Below are positions 50,071 through 59,916 of a DNA stretch of 64,000 nt, piece after piece. The notes below the pieces were generated by a model. It worked only from the letters and a program-made list of their open reading frames with translations. It searched no databases and was not told where the DNA came from. Numbering within the stretch: position 1 is the first letter of the stretch; every line of letters begins with the position of its first letter. Source of the stretch: an uncultured Candidatus Saccharibacteria bacterium (GTDB taxonomy: Bacteria; Patescibacteriota; Doudnabacteria; UBA920); assembly GCA_964631145.1 (NCBI GenBank), contig CAZVXT010000001.1, positions 319,361 to 383,360 on the forward strand. The letters run 5' to 3'. Both the position numbers and the translations under genes were made by a program.

Positions 50071-50148
50071 TATATGATTATAAAAAGATTCTAGACATCC
50101 TAGGATCTTTTGGTTATAATGATCTATAAAATTACTTTAGGAGGTAGT

Positions 50149-50589
50149 ATGGAAAAAATCAAAGAAGTAATTAATTCTGTTTCTAATTTTTTTGAAAAAG
50201 GGGATAGTTACCCAGAAATGTTCTTGGCACTTAAAGAGTTTTTGGGTTTAGACGTTATTCATCTCAACATACTTGCAGAGACAGCTTCATATTTACTGTT
50301 GCAAGATTTTTTTGGAGAAAAATGCGTGCTGTTTACTTATAACAGGCTTTCTAATGCTCCAGAAAAATATCAAATGTTTTGTTTTGATGCTAGTGGTAGG
50401 CTACGGCAATTTTTTAGTCAAAATAATAAAAAAATTTTTAGCAAAAATGATTTTATAGGATGGCTAGGTGTTGAAATGCTTTCTGCGGCACAAGATTTTG
50501 TAAAAGGGGTTATAAAAAACTCCCAGCTACTAGACTCTAATGCAGAATTTGCTTTAGAAATTATTGATAATGTTTCTGATAGTTATTAA
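50149..50589 (+). CDS. Hypothetical protein
   Basis: TAGACA..TATAAT, AGGAGG SD. Confidence 0.7.
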   Translation: MEKIKEVINSVSNFFEKGDSYPEMFLALKEFLGLDVIHLNILAETASYLLLQDFFGEKCVLFTYNRLSNAPEKYQMFCFDASGRLRQFFSQNNKKIFSKNDFIGWLGVEMLSAAQDFVKGVIKNSQLLDSNAEFALEIIDNVSDSY

Positions 50590-50641
50590 ACAAAAAGCAC
50601 TAGAAATTTCTAGTGCTGTTTTTATTAAAAACTTAATTTAT

Positions 50642-51145
50642 CTAAATTGTTGCGCCCATCTTTTGGAGCTTGCTTTCTAAAACCAAAATTTCTAGTGCTG
50701 TTTTGGATGGTGTCTTATCTTTTAAATTTTCTTTGCTTCTTTTATATTTTAGCTGCTTTGTGTATTTTGCAATTACATTTATGAAATCATCTATCCATAA
50801 TTTTGAATCCACTAGGTATTTAAAATTTATATCTTCGTCTTTTATATAGAATAAGCCGTTCCAGTTTACTTCAAGAATATCGGTAAGTTTTGTATCTGAT
50901 CCTAAACGAGTTGATATGGTTAATGTGCAATTACCAAACATGCTTTGTCCTTCATCAAAATTAAAATTAAACCCGGCTATTGCAGCTTCGGTTTTTTTGT
51001 GAATATGGCACGAGTGTATTTGGTTATATGTTTGCACACCGAGCTTTTCTTTTAATAAAAAAGCAAAATTCATAATTTGCTCATTTTGCTTGGTTTGCAA
51101 TTTTAGTGTTCTTTTTAAGTTTGAAATATGGGTATTATCTTTCAT
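50642..51145 (-). CDS. Hypothetical protein
   Basis: TTGACT-17-TATACT, GGAGG SD. Confidence 0.7.
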   Translation of the reverse strand: MKDNTHISNLKRTLKLQTKQNEQIMNFAFLLKEKLGVQTYNQIHSCHIHKKTEAAIAGFNFNFDEGQSMFGNCTLTISTRLGSDTKLTDILEVNWNGLFYIKDEDINFKYLVDSKLWIDDFINVIAKYTKQLKYKRSKENLKDKTPSKTALEILVLESKLQKMGATI

Positions 51146-51195
51146 AATTTACCTCCATAAAATTTTCCTTAGTATATGTTGAGGACAAGGAAAAG

Positions 51196-51495
51196 TCAAA
51201 CAAAAAAACAGTTGGCAGAAACCAACTGTTGTTTGGGAATGAATTGAATGTGTTTATTTGCTAAGTCAAAAATTTGCTGTTTTAAACTGTAGCAAAGATA
51301 GATTACTTTTGGAGTATTAATTGGCTTGTATGAATGTATATTATCTTTAAAAATTGCTGTAGCGATAACGTAATCAGTTACAAACTGCAAAGCATCGCTA
51401 TAATTTTTATGAAAGCTTAAATATTTTACTCCTTGATGATCAATCCAAGTTTGGGCATAAACTGCAACTTTGAATATATTCACATCGTTCTTCAT
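51196..51495 (-). CDS. Hypothetical protein
   Basis: AAGGAGG SD before MKND. Confidence 0.65.
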   Translation of the reverse strand: MKNDVNIFKVAVYAQTWIDHQGVKYLSFHKNYSDALQFVTDYVIATAIFKDNIHSYKPINTPKVIYLCYSLKQQIFDLANKHIQFIPKQQLVSANCFFV

Positions 51496-51610
51496 AACAT
51501 TACCTCCTTTTTGGCAAGTTACTTCGAGTATACTCTTTTTATAAAAATTTGCAAATAAATTTGTTATAAAATAAAAGGCGGAAGATATATTCTTCCGCAT
51601 TGGTTTAACG

Positions 51611-51982
51611 TTATTTGGAAATTTTTGTGATTGTTAGGTGATCTAGAATATCGCCATCATTGCAATTTGATTGCTCTGTATAAAGCAATGTAATTTTGTC
51701 ATTAACAACCAATCCAAATGTTTCTATTTTTTTTGCATTGCATGGAGCTGGTGAAGTGATTATTGTTCTATTTCCGAAATTATCTTCGAGTATGGTTCTA
51801 ACAATCCATCCCCATTGATTAGTCTGTATATGCTTGACTGTATATACTTTTTGATCAAGTTCTAAAGCTTCTATCTTATGGTCATTATTTGAGCAATTAT
51901 AGTAGCAGGAACACATTATTCCGAAAAATATAATGCCAATAATTATTAGGCTAATTACCGTTTTTGTAATTTTTTCTTTCAT
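51611..51982 (-). CDS. Hypothetical membrane-anchored, Cys-containing protein
   Basis: N-terminal TM helix, TTGACA promoter, GAGG SD. Confidence 0.7.
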   Translation of the reverse strand: MKEKITKTVISLIIIGIIFFGIMCSCYYNCSNNDHKIEALELDQKVYTVKHIQTNQWGWIVRTILEDNFGNRTIITSPAPCNAKKIETFGLVVNDKITLLYTEQSNCNDGDILDHLTITKISK

Positions 51983-52127
51983 ATTTCCTCCTAAATAAAA
52001 TGATTTTATATCATAAAATATTTTGGACTGGGTGTCAACTTTTCTTGACCTGGCTTTAAAAAAGCTTTAAAATAAGTTGTGATTGGCTCGAAGTTTTCGT
52101 GCCAGTTTTATAAATCATTAATTAGTG

Positions 52128-52273
52128 GTTGTATTTAGCAAAATTCTCCCTGGATTCCTAAAGCTTCCTATGTTTATAGAGAAGGCGTAGATAAAAAGAG
52201 AAACCCTCCCTCCTTTTCCGTATCGATAGGGAAAGAAGTGAGGGTATCTCGGGATTAGACTAATAAATACAAC
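52128..52273 (+). ncRNA. Candidate multi-stem leader RNA upstream of tuf
   Basis: gttgtattta/taaatacaac closing stem; inner gaga-accctc..ttttcc/gggaaa..gagggt-tctc arm. Confidence 0.5.
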
Positions 52274-52293
52274 ACCGAAAGGTATTTGCACAA

Positions 52294-53481
52294 ATGGCAG
52301 AAGCATTTGATCGCTCAAAGCCTCACCTTAACGTTGGTACGATTGGCCACGTTGACCACGGTAAGACCACTTTAACTGCGGCTATTACCAATGTACTTGC
52401 TAAGTCTGGTAAAGCAAAAGCAAGAGCTTACGACCAGATCGATAACGCTCCGGAAGAAAAAGCTCGTGGTATTACTATTAATACTTCTCACCAGGAATAC
52501 GAAAGTGACAAGCGTCACTACGCTCACGTAGACTGTCCTGGTCACGCTGACTATATCAAAAACATGATCACTGGTGCAGCTCAAATGGATGGTGCTATCT
52601 TGGTTGTATCTGCAACTGATGGTCCTATGCCACAAACTCGTGAACACATTTTGCTTTCTAAGCAAGTAGGTGTACCTTACATTGTTGTTTATATGAACAA
52701 GTGTGATATGGTACAAGATCCAGAACTTTTGGATTTAGTAGAAGAAGAAATTCGTGATCTTCTTACTAAGTACGAATTCCCTGGAAAAGACACTCCAATC
52801 ATCCGCGGTTCTGCCCTAAAAGCATTAGAAGGTGATACTTCTGAAATGGGTGAACCATCAATCTTAAAGCTTGTTGAAGCTTTGGATAACTTCATCCCAG
52901 AACCAGCTCGCGAAACTGATAAACCATTCTTAATGCCAATTGAAGATATCTTCACTATTGAAGGTCGTGGTACTGTAGTAACTGGTCGTATCGAACGCGG
53001 TGAAATCAAGATTAACGATGAAATTGAAATCGTTGGTATCAAAGCAACTACAAAAACTGTAGTAACTGGTATCGAAATGTTCAACAAACAACTTGATAAA
53101 GGTATGGCTGGTGACAACGCTGGATTATTGCTTCGTGGTGTAAAGAAAGAAGAAGTAGAACGCGGTCAAGTTTTGGCTAAACCAGGTTCTATTACTCCTC
53201 ACACCGAATTTGAAGCTGAAGTTTATATCTTAACCAAAGAAGAAGGCGGACGTCACACTCCATTCTTCAAGGGTTATAAGCCTCAATTCTACGTTCGTAC
53301 AACTGACGTAACCGGTGAAGTTATCTTGCCTGAAGGTCAAGAAATGGTTATGCCTGGTGATACTGTAACTATCAACGTTAAGTTGATTACCCCAATTGCC
53401 TTGGAAGAAAAAGGTAAATTCGCTATCCGCGAAGGTGGTCGTACAGTAGGTGCTGGTGTTGTAACAAAAATTGTTAAATAA
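52294..53481 (+). CDS. tuf: Elongation factor Tu
   Basis: [30 protein letters not shown]. Confidence 0.99.
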   Translation: MAEAFDRSKPHLNVGTIGHVDHGKTTLTAAITNVLAKSGKAKARAYDQIDNAPEEKARGITINTSHQEYESDKRHYAHVDCPGHADYIKNMITGAAQMDGAILVVSATDGPMPQTREHILLSKQVGVPYIVVYMNKCDMVQDPELLDLVEEEIRDLLTKYEFPGKDTPIIRGSALKALEGDTSEMGEPSILKLVEALDNFIPEPARETDKPFLMPIEDIFTIEGRGTVVTGRIERGEIKINDEIEIVGIKATTKTVVTGIEMFNKQLDKGMAGDNAGLLLRGVKKEEVERGQVLAKPGSITPHTEFEAEVYILTKEEGGRHTPFFKGYKPQFYVRTTDVTGEVILPEGQEMVMPGDTVTINVKLITPIALEEKGKFAIREGGRTVGAGVVTKIVK

Positions 53482-53513
53482 TATTTAGCACAACATTTCT
53501 TTATAGAAACATT

Positions 53514-53544
53514 AAAACTCTCCTAGCAATAGGAGAGTTTTTTT
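53514..53544 (+). terminator. Intrinsic terminator after tuf
   Basis: aaaactctccta-gcaa-taggagagtttt. Confidence 0.9.
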
Positions 53545-53595
53545 GTTGACATAAATCGGTTTTTATCGTATTATTGCTTGTTAAATGGAGGTTTT

Positions 53596-54114
53596 ATGAA
53601 TAAAGGTCAAAGTATTTCGTCTGAGCTACTGCGAAAATCTGCCGCAGATCAAAATTTAAATAATGAAAACACTGTAAAGTTAAAGCCGAACCCTAATGCT
53701 AATTTTATTTCAGAATTTGTTAGTTATAAGGTTGGCACCGCAGAAAGGTATCAACAAGATCAAATATTATATGATTGCAAATATGGTTCGATAAAGTATA
53801 AAAATGCGAGTTTAAAATTAGCTGCTGCACGAGAAAAATCTTTACAAGCAGAAATAAACATGCGGTTCTTAGTATCAAATCAAAAACCAGATTTGTTAAT
53901 TGATTTTTTGGACTTAATTAAAAGTCTAGAAGAGTGTATTGCTTTTAAAAATCGCGGGCTTGTAAAACTATCAAAATTTAAAGAAGGGAGTGCAAGTTGG
54001 AAGCTTCAATATAAAGAAAACGAAGAATACGACTTATTAGCAGTCAATAAAGAAGCAGAAATTATGCGGTTATTAGGGTATATTTCTAAAGATGAAGATA
54101 AAATTGATTTATAA
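53596..54114 (+). CDS. Hypothetical helical protein
   Basis: TTGACA-17-TATTAT at 53546-53574, GGAGG SD. Confidence 0.72.
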   Translation: MNKGQSISSELLRKSAADQNLNNENTVKLKPNPNANFISEFVSYKVGTAERYQQDQILYDCKYGSIKYKNASLKLAAAREKSLQAEINMRFLVSNQKPDLLIDFLDLIKSLEECIAFKNRGLVKLSKFKEGSASWKLQYKENEEYDLLAVNKEAEIMRLLGYISKDEDKIDL

Positions 54115-54167
54115 TATAAAAACCTCAGATAGAATAGATCTGAGGTTTATTTATTTTTTATGCTTGT

Positions 54168-54617
54168 TTAATAAATTAATCGAACATTAACGTTTATGGA
54201 TAGGGAAGACTGTTTATTATTTATGGTTTTAAAATCAACAATTGATTCTTTGTATTGTTTGGATAAATTATTCTGTATAGAAAAACTAAATTTTCTACCA
54301 GAAGAATTTTTTAAGTTCATATCAAAACCGACTAATAAATTACTAGAATTATTATAGAAGTTGTTATTGAAGTAGTTTTGATTGGCGCCAAAGTTGTTCC
54401 AATAAGAGTTGCCTGTGTAAGAATTATTAGTAATACCAAAATTGCTATATATACTTGGATCATTATACATAATATTCTTCTTCTTTTGAATTGTGGCTTG
54501 GATAGTAATTTTATATTTAGATTCTGTAGATTCGTTGATATTTGAAAAACTTTCTTGCCCATAATGCGCTAAGGACAAAAAGCATAAACTAATAATATAG
54601 AAAACAATTTTATACAT
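54168..54617 (-). CDS. Hypothetical secreted Asn-rich protein
   Basis: GGAGG SD, signal peptide, amphipathic C-terminal strands ending in Tyr. Confidence 0.7.
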   Translation of the reverse strand: MYKIVFYIISLCFLSLAHYGQESFSNINESTESKYKITIQATIQKKKNIMYNDPSIYSNFGITNNSYTGNSYWNNFGANQNYFNNNFYNNSSNLLVGFDMNLKNSSGRKFSFSIQNNLSKQYKESIVDFKTINNKQSSLSINVNVRLIY

Positions 54618-54751
54618 ACTGCCTCCAAAGTGTTTTTATTTTAGTATAAATGTGTGAGGTTAAAGATATTTACAAATTTTTATCAAGTCCATTATAGATT
54701 GACTAATACTAAATTTTAAACTATTGTAAGCCTAAAAATAGGAGGCAAATT

Positions 54752-55009
54752 ATGCTGATTTTATGGTTAAAGAATAAATGGTTGCATTCTAAATTATACA
54801 TTTGGCTTTTACATGTTAAATGTATGGTGTTGCATTTTTATCTCCATGATGTAAATTATCATTACAGACCAGTTGGTAAGTATGTAATCTTGGCTCATAC
54901 TAAATATAAGATAATTTATTGTAAAAAGTGCCATCATTTTTACACAAGAGAGAGATTGGTTTATGATCACTTTGATCCAATGGATTATTATTATTATGAT
55001 AGGTTCTAA
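54752..55009 (+). CDS. Small His/Tyr-rich protein with CxxC
   Basis: TTGACT promoter, AGGAGG SD, CKKCHH. Confidence 0.6.
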   Translation: MLILWLKNKWLHSKLYIWLLHVKCMVLHFYLHDVNYHYRPVGKYVILAHTKYKIIYCKKCHHFYTRERLVYDHFDPMDYYYYDRF

Positions 55010-55116
55010 ATTAAATAAGTCCTGATTTATTCAGGCTTTTTATTTATCTATGCTTGGTTTGACAAAATACATAAATTTAAACATAATACTATGAAAATCT
55101 AATTTAGGAGGAAATT

Positions 55117-55845
55117 ATGATAACTGAACACTTAAAGGATTATAATAGTCAAGAAAAATTTTTACGAACTCAGATTTTTTATGCAGAAAATTTACGGGAA
55201 AAATCTCAAGATTATAGCAATGCTATCACTTCTTTAAAAGAAGTCATTGATCAATCGGTAGAATTTCCAAAAATAATGTTAGATGCTTATGCCCAATTAA
55301 TTTTGACTTGGCGACACAAGTATGAGCGTCAAGGTAAAAATATTGAGGATTTAAACAAAATGGGGTTCTGCATTGATGATGCTTTGTATTTTATAGATTT
55401 ACCTGATCAGCAAAAGCACGTGTTATTTTACCGGTTGGGAGATTGGCATTTTCTAAGAAATAACTATGAAAATTCTCTGAATAATTATCAAAAGGCATTT
55501 ACTTTTGCTATTAAAGAGCAAATGTTGTTTAGCTCTTCATCCATTGCCACTGTTGGGGAGTATGAAAAAAGCATCGCCAAAGCCCATTATATGCTTAAGC
55601 AATATCAATCAGCGTTTGAAAATATTGTAAACTCAATAGATGATATTAAAGCTGGACACTTTGAGAAATCAGAAAAATGGCGGCAAAATATCATGCTTTC
55701 ATCTAGTTATGGCGTGCTTGCAAAAATTCAATTTTTCAGATGGAGACCAAGCTGTATATACTATGCTGGTAAAGCATTTTTAATGTCTGTTTTCCTGGCA
55801 AAAAATGGTTATGGTTTGCGTCTAAAACAAGCTTTAAAAACCTAA
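55117..55845 (+). CDS. TPR-like repeat protein
   Basis: YRLGDWHF...YE.SL..YQKA and IAKAHY..KQY..A helices; TTGACA-17-CATAAT, AGGAGG. Confidence 0.75.
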   Translation: MITEHLKDYNSQEKFLRTQIFYAENLREKSQDYSNAITSLKEVIDQSVEFPKIMLDAYAQLILTWRHKYERQGKNIEDLNKMGFCIDDALYFIDLPDQQKHVLFYRLGDWHFLRNNYENSLNNYQKAFTFAIKEQMLFSSSSIATVGEYEKSIAKAHYMLKQYQSAFENIVNSIDDIKAGHFEKSEKWRQNIMLSSSYGVLAKIQFFRWRPSCIYYAGKAFLMSVFLAKNGYGLRLKQALKT

Positions 55846-56081
55846 ATTTTATATGCAAAAATATAACTCGGAAGTTAGTCCGAGTTTTTTATTTCTCAAC
55901 ATTTATATACTTTTGTCAAACATATCAAGTTTTTATAAAATATTTGCCTATTTTATTTGACAAGGACAAAAATTATAGATAGAATATCTACAAGATTTGC
56001 TAACTTAACAGTTAGTGGTTTTATTTGGTCTTTTTTACCCTTAATTAACAGTAAAAAGACTATTAAGTTCCTTACTATTTT

Positions 56082-56405
56082 ATGGAAAAAGTCGTTAACA
56101 AGCCAAAAATCAGGATTAAAATTAGAGCTTATGATCATAAGTTAATTGATCTAAGTGCTAAACAAATCGTAGATACAGCAAAGCGCACTGGGGCAAATAT
56201 TTTAGGACCAGTACCTCTTCCAACAGAGAAGCGTAAATATACTGTACTTCGTTCGACTTTTGTACATAAAGATAGCCGTGAACAATTCGAAATGCGCACT
56301 CATAAGCGCATGATCGATATTTTGGAACCAACTCCAAAAACTATTGATTCTCTTACCAATCTCAGCTTACCTGCGGGTGTAGATATTGAGATTAAAATGA
56401 GTTAA
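56082..56405 (+). CDS. rpsJ: 30S ribosomal protein S10
   Basis: [29 protein letters not shown]. Confidence 0.99.
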   Translation: MEKVVNKPKIRIKIRAYDHKLIDLSAKQIVDTAKRTGANILGPVPLPTEKRKYTVLRSTFVHKDSREQFEMRTHKRMIDILEPTPKTIDSLTNLSLPAGVDIEIKMS

Positions 56406-56512
56406 TAGATTTAGTAGATATGTTCTGAGAGCTTCTAGCCTAAATAGCTACAGCATTCAGATAACTATTTACCATCATGTTTAAGCCCATCTTTTTGGTG
56501 TACTTTTATATG

Positions 56513-56535
56513 CTGGGAAATAGTCCCAGTTTTTT
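56513..56535 (+). terminator. Terminator-like hairpin between rpsJ and rplC
   Basis: ctggga-aatag-tcccag-tttttt. Confidence 0.6.
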
Positions 56536-56603
56536 ATTTTTATATCAGTAATTAAAGTTCTGAAGTTTGAATTTTTCCCAAACCTCTCAGTTCCAGATAA
56601 TAT

Positions 56604-57272
56604 ATGAAATTTATTGCAGGAAAAAAACTAAATATGACTCAGTTCTTTGCGGACAATGGTCAAGTTATTCCAGTAACTGTAATCAAAGCTCCTCCTGTAG
56701 TAGTTACTCAGGTAAAAACTACAGAAACTAAAGATGGTTACAATGCTGTACAAATCGGCGTTAGCAGTCAAGTTAAAGGAAGTAAAAAGTCTAACAAGTC
56801 AAAGACTGGTCATAGCAAAAACTTAGGACAATTTGGATCTTTTCAAGAATTTCGTGTAGAAAATCCTGGAGATTATCAAGTCGGTCAAAAGTTGGACGTT
56901 TCAATATTTGAAGTAGGCGACATGGTCTCTGTGGTAGGTACTATGAAAGGACGTGGTTTTGCCGGAGCGATTAAGAGACATGGTTTTGCTGGTTTTCCAG
57001 CTAGTCATGGACACGATCGTCCTCGTAGCGTTGGTTCTATTGGACAAAGATATCCTCAACACACTCGTAAAGGTTTAAGAATGTCTGGTCATATGGGAAC
57101 AAACTTAGTAACTGTAAAAAACTTACAAATTGTGGATGTGGATAGCTCTAAAGGATTAATTATGGTTAAAGGTGCTGTTCCTGGAACTAATGGCGGTATG
57201 GTAAGAATTTTATCAAACGGCGTTAACAAGCCTTTATTTGTAGAAGTTGTAGAAGCTAAGAAGAAGAAATAA
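56604..57272 (+). CDS. rplC: 50S ribosomal protein L3
   Basis: MTQ, PVTVI, DGYNAVQ, KGRGFAG.IKRH. Confidence 0.99.
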   Translation: MKFIAGKKLNMTQFFADNGQVIPVTVIKAPPVVVTQVKTTETKDGYNAVQIGVSSQVKGSKKSNKSKTGHSKNLGQFGSFQEFRVENPGDYQVGQKLDVSIFEVGDMVSVVGTMKGRGFAGAIKRHGFAGFPASHGHDRPRSVGSIGQRYPQHTRKGLRMSGHMGTNLVTVKNLQIVDVDSSKGLIMVKGAVPGTNGGMVRILSNGVNKPLFVEVVEAKKKK

Positions 57273-57395
57273 GGAGATTTAATTTTTGACGAATCACTTC
57301 GTTGTTTTCTGAAAAAATTTGGAAGCGTAATAACTGTTACGTTGACAAATTTTTTCAGAAAACACCTTGTGCTTCATTCAAAAATGAAACTCCTA
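57270..57395. repeat. ERIC-like hairpin element, copy 2 (core inverted)
   Basis: 126 bp; starts at the rplC TAA; cttcgttg..ttttctgaaaaaattt / aaattttttcagaaaa..caccttg. Confidence 0.85.
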
Positions 57396-57447
57396 GGATA
57401 AAAAACAGTTTTGATAACCTACTAAATTGAATTTATTTTTTATATAA

Positions 57448-58089
57448 ATGAAAGTAACTATTTACAATCAGAACGCGGAAAGCGTTGGTGAAATCGAAGT
57501 CAATGACAAGATTTTTGCAGTAAAGCCAAGTATTCACCTTTTAGCAGAAGCGGTTAGAATCCAAGCTTCAAACGCGCGCAAGGGTCTTGCTCATACTAAG
57601 ACTCGCGGTGAGGTTTCTGGTGGTGGTAAAAAGCCATGGAAGCAAAAAGGTACTGGACGTGCTCGTGCTGGTTCTACTCGTAGTCCTATTTGGAGACATG
57701 GTGGTATCACTTTTGGTCCTCGTAGCGACCGTAACTGGAGCTTAAAGATTAATAAAAAAGCTAAAACTAAAGCTTTGTTTATGTCTCTAAGTGATAAAGT
57801 CAAAGATGGCAAATTAATTATCGTTGAAGGTCTAAACTTAGACACTCCAAAGACTAAAGAGTTTGTTAAAGTAATGACTGCTTTCCATGCCAAGCTTAAA
57901 GATTTGGGTAAGAAGCAAATGATGATTCTTCCTAAAAAAGATGAAAGCTTGGTTAGAGCAAGTCGTAACTTACAAGAAGTTAATACAGTATTAGCAACTA
58001 GCTTGAATGTTACAGATGTACTTAAAGCAGATAGCTTAATTGTTACTAAAGAGAGTTTACCTCTTATCGAAAAAACTTATTTAAAGTAA
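57448..58089 (+). CDS. rplD: 50S ribosomal protein L4
   Basis: TKTRGEVSGGGKKPWKQKGTGRARAGS. Confidence 0.99.
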   Translation: MKVTIYNQNAESVGEIEVNDKIFAVKPSIHLLAEAVRIQASNARKGLAHTKTRGEVSGGGKKPWKQKGTGRARAGSTRSPIWRHGGITFGPRSDRNWSLKINKKAKTKALFMSLSDKVKDGKLIIVEGLNLDTPKTKEFVKVMTAFHAKLKDLGKKQMMILPKKDESLVRASRNLQEVNTVLATSLNVTDVLKADSLIVTKESLPLIEKTYLK

Positions 58090-58093
58090 AGAA

Positions 58094-58495
58094 ATGGCAA
58101 TATTTTCTAAAAAACAGAATAATGAAGACGAGGTAGAGAATACAGATGCAGTTGCAGAAAATTCTACCGAAGCTCAAAATCCAGTTATGATTGATGTTGC
58201 AGCAAATGGATTGGGAAATAAAGGATTAGTTTTACCAAGATTGTCCGAAAAAGCTGGATTCCTTGGTAAAGTAAACCAATATGTATTTACTATCCACGGT
58301 AACTTAAATAAGATTGAGGTTCGTAGTGCAATCGAAAAGATGTATGGAGTAAAAATTGCAAATATTAATATGATTAATGTTGCAGGAAAAACTCGTCGTT
58401 ACGGAGCTACTAAAGGTAAGAAATCCGACTATAAAAAAGCAGTTGTTACCTTGACAGCTAATAGTAAAAAGATTGATCTAGTAGAACCTAGCTAG
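58094..58495 (+). CDS. rplW: 50S ribosomal protein L23 with acidic N-terminal extension
   Basis: P.LSEK, NKIEVRSAIE, KKAVVTL. Confidence 0.97.
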   Translation: MAIFSKKQNNEDEVENTDAVAENSTEAQNPVMIDVAANGLGNKGLVLPRLSEKAGFLGKVNQYVFTIHGNLNKIEVRSAIEKMYGVKIANINMINVAGKTRRYGATKGKKSDYKKAVVTLTANSKKIDLVEPS

Positions 58496-58620
58496 GAAAA
58501 TTCCATTTTTGATTATCTACTTTGTTCTTTTCTGAAAAAATTTGTCGACGTAACAGCTATTACGCTTCCAAATTTTTTCAGAAAACCCCTAGTATATAAT
58601 TCAAAAATAAAATTTTCTTA
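58493..58620. repeat. ERIC-like hairpin element, copy 3
   Basis: 128 bp TA..TA; starts at the rplW TAG; same inner arms as copy 2. Confidence 0.85.
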
Positions 58621-58659
58621 AAGGTTGAATTTTTAAATAACTTTATCTCACTAAATTAA

Positions 58660-59502
58660 ATGGCAGTTAAATTATACAAACCAACATCACCAGGACGACG
58701 TATTTCTAGCGTTACTGATTACTCTGTGCTTGATAAGCAAGAAAAGACTCCAAAGTCATTGATTGTTTATAAAGGACGCACAGCCGGTCGCAATAACTCT
58801 GGAAAAATTACCGTAAGACATCATGGTGGTGGGGCTCGTAAGAAAATTCGTTTAGTTGATTTTACAAGAGCAGATCGCAAAAATATTCCTGGAAAAGTAA
58901 AGACTGTAGAATATGATCCAACTCGCACAGCGTTTATTTCTTTAATCTCTTATAACGATGGTGTAAAGCGTTTTATCTTAACACCTCAAGGATTAAAAGT
59001 TGGTGATACAGTAATGTATGGTGAAACAGCAGAAATTCACCCAGGTAATCGTTTGCCAATTAGCAATATTCCAGTTGGAACTTTTATTCACGATGTTGAG
59101 TTGGTTCCAGGTCATGGTGGCAAATTGGCTCGCAGTGCTGGAAGCAGTGTGTTGTTGCAAAATACTGAAGGCGGCTATGCTTTTCTAAAATTACCATCAG
59201 GTGAAATCAGAAAAGTAAGAGAAACCTGCAGCGCTACAATTGGCTCACTTTCAAATGCAGACTGGATGAATGTAAGAATTGGTAAAGCTGGACGTATGCG
59301 TCACATGGGTGTTCGCCCATCAGTTCGTGGTAAAGTAATGAACCCAGTTGATCACCCTCATGGTGGTGGTGAAGGTCAAAACTCTATTGGTATGAAATAT
59401 CCTAAGACTCCTTGGGGTAAGCATGCACTTGGTGTTAAGACTCGTTTGAAGAAAAAAGCCTCTAACAAATTTATTGTTAAGCGTCGTACTAAAAAGAAGT
59501 AA
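58660..59502 (+). CDS. rplB: 50S ribosomal protein L2
   Basis: [24 protein letters not shown]. Confidence 0.99.
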   Translation: MAVKLYKPTSPGRRISSVTDYSVLDKQEKTPKSLIVYKGRTAGRNNSGKITVRHHGGGARKKIRLVDFTRADRKNIPGKVKTVEYDPTRTAFISLISYNDGVKRFILTPQGLKVGDTVMYGETAEIHPGNRLPISNIPVGTFIHDVELVPGHGGKLARSAGSSVLLQNTEGGYAFLKLPSGEIRKVRETCSATIGSLSNADWMNVRIGKAGRMRHMGVRPSVRGKVMNPVDHPHGGGEGQNSIGMKYPKTPWGKHALGVKTRLKKKASNKFIVKRRTKKK

Positions 59503-59515
59503 TATTTGATTAATA

Positions 59516-59821
59516 ATGTCTCGAAGTTTAAAAAAAGGTCCATATATAGATCCCCGAGTACTTAAAAAAGTACTTGCTGCAAAGCCTGGTGACAAGATAA
59601 AAACTTGGTCTAGAGCTTGCAGTATTTCCCCAGAAATGGTGGGTCATACTTTCGCTGTGCATAATGGCCGTACTTTTATCGATGTGTATGTTTCAGAAAA
59701 CATGGTCGGTCATAAGTTAGGCGAATTCTCACCAACCCGTAAGTTTATTGGTCATGGTGGTAAGATGGCGAAAGAGCAAGCAGCTGCTAAAGCGGCTCCA
59801 GCTCCAGCAAAAAAGAAGTAA
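59516..59821 (+). CDS. rpsS: 30S ribosomal protein S19
   Basis: RSLKKGP, KTWSR, GHKLGEF. Confidence 0.99.
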   Translation: MSRSLKKGPYIDPRVLKKVLAAKPGDKIKTWSRACSISPEMVGHTFAVHNGRTFIDVYVSENMVGHKLGEFSPTRKFIGHGGKMAKEQAAAKAAPAPAKKK

Positions 59822-59837
59822 TTTAATCAATTCAATT

Positions 59838-59905
59838 ATAGTTAGTAGAAAGTAAAGTAGAGAACGGAAAATCTTTCTATATTCTACTTTACCTTCTACT
59901 TACTA
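59838..59905. repeat. Purine/pyrimidine-asymmetric intergenic hairpin
   Basis: agtagaa-gtaaagtaga ... tctactttac-ttctact. Confidence 0.65.
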
Positions 59906-59916
59906 AATGTAAATTT

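Noticed and set aside
45914-51982. Prophage or integron explaining the ORFan cluster
   Set aside because: No integrase, terminase, capsid or tail genes; mixed orientation; intergenic hairpins look like ordinary terminators and lack attC RYYYAAC/GTTRRRY ends.
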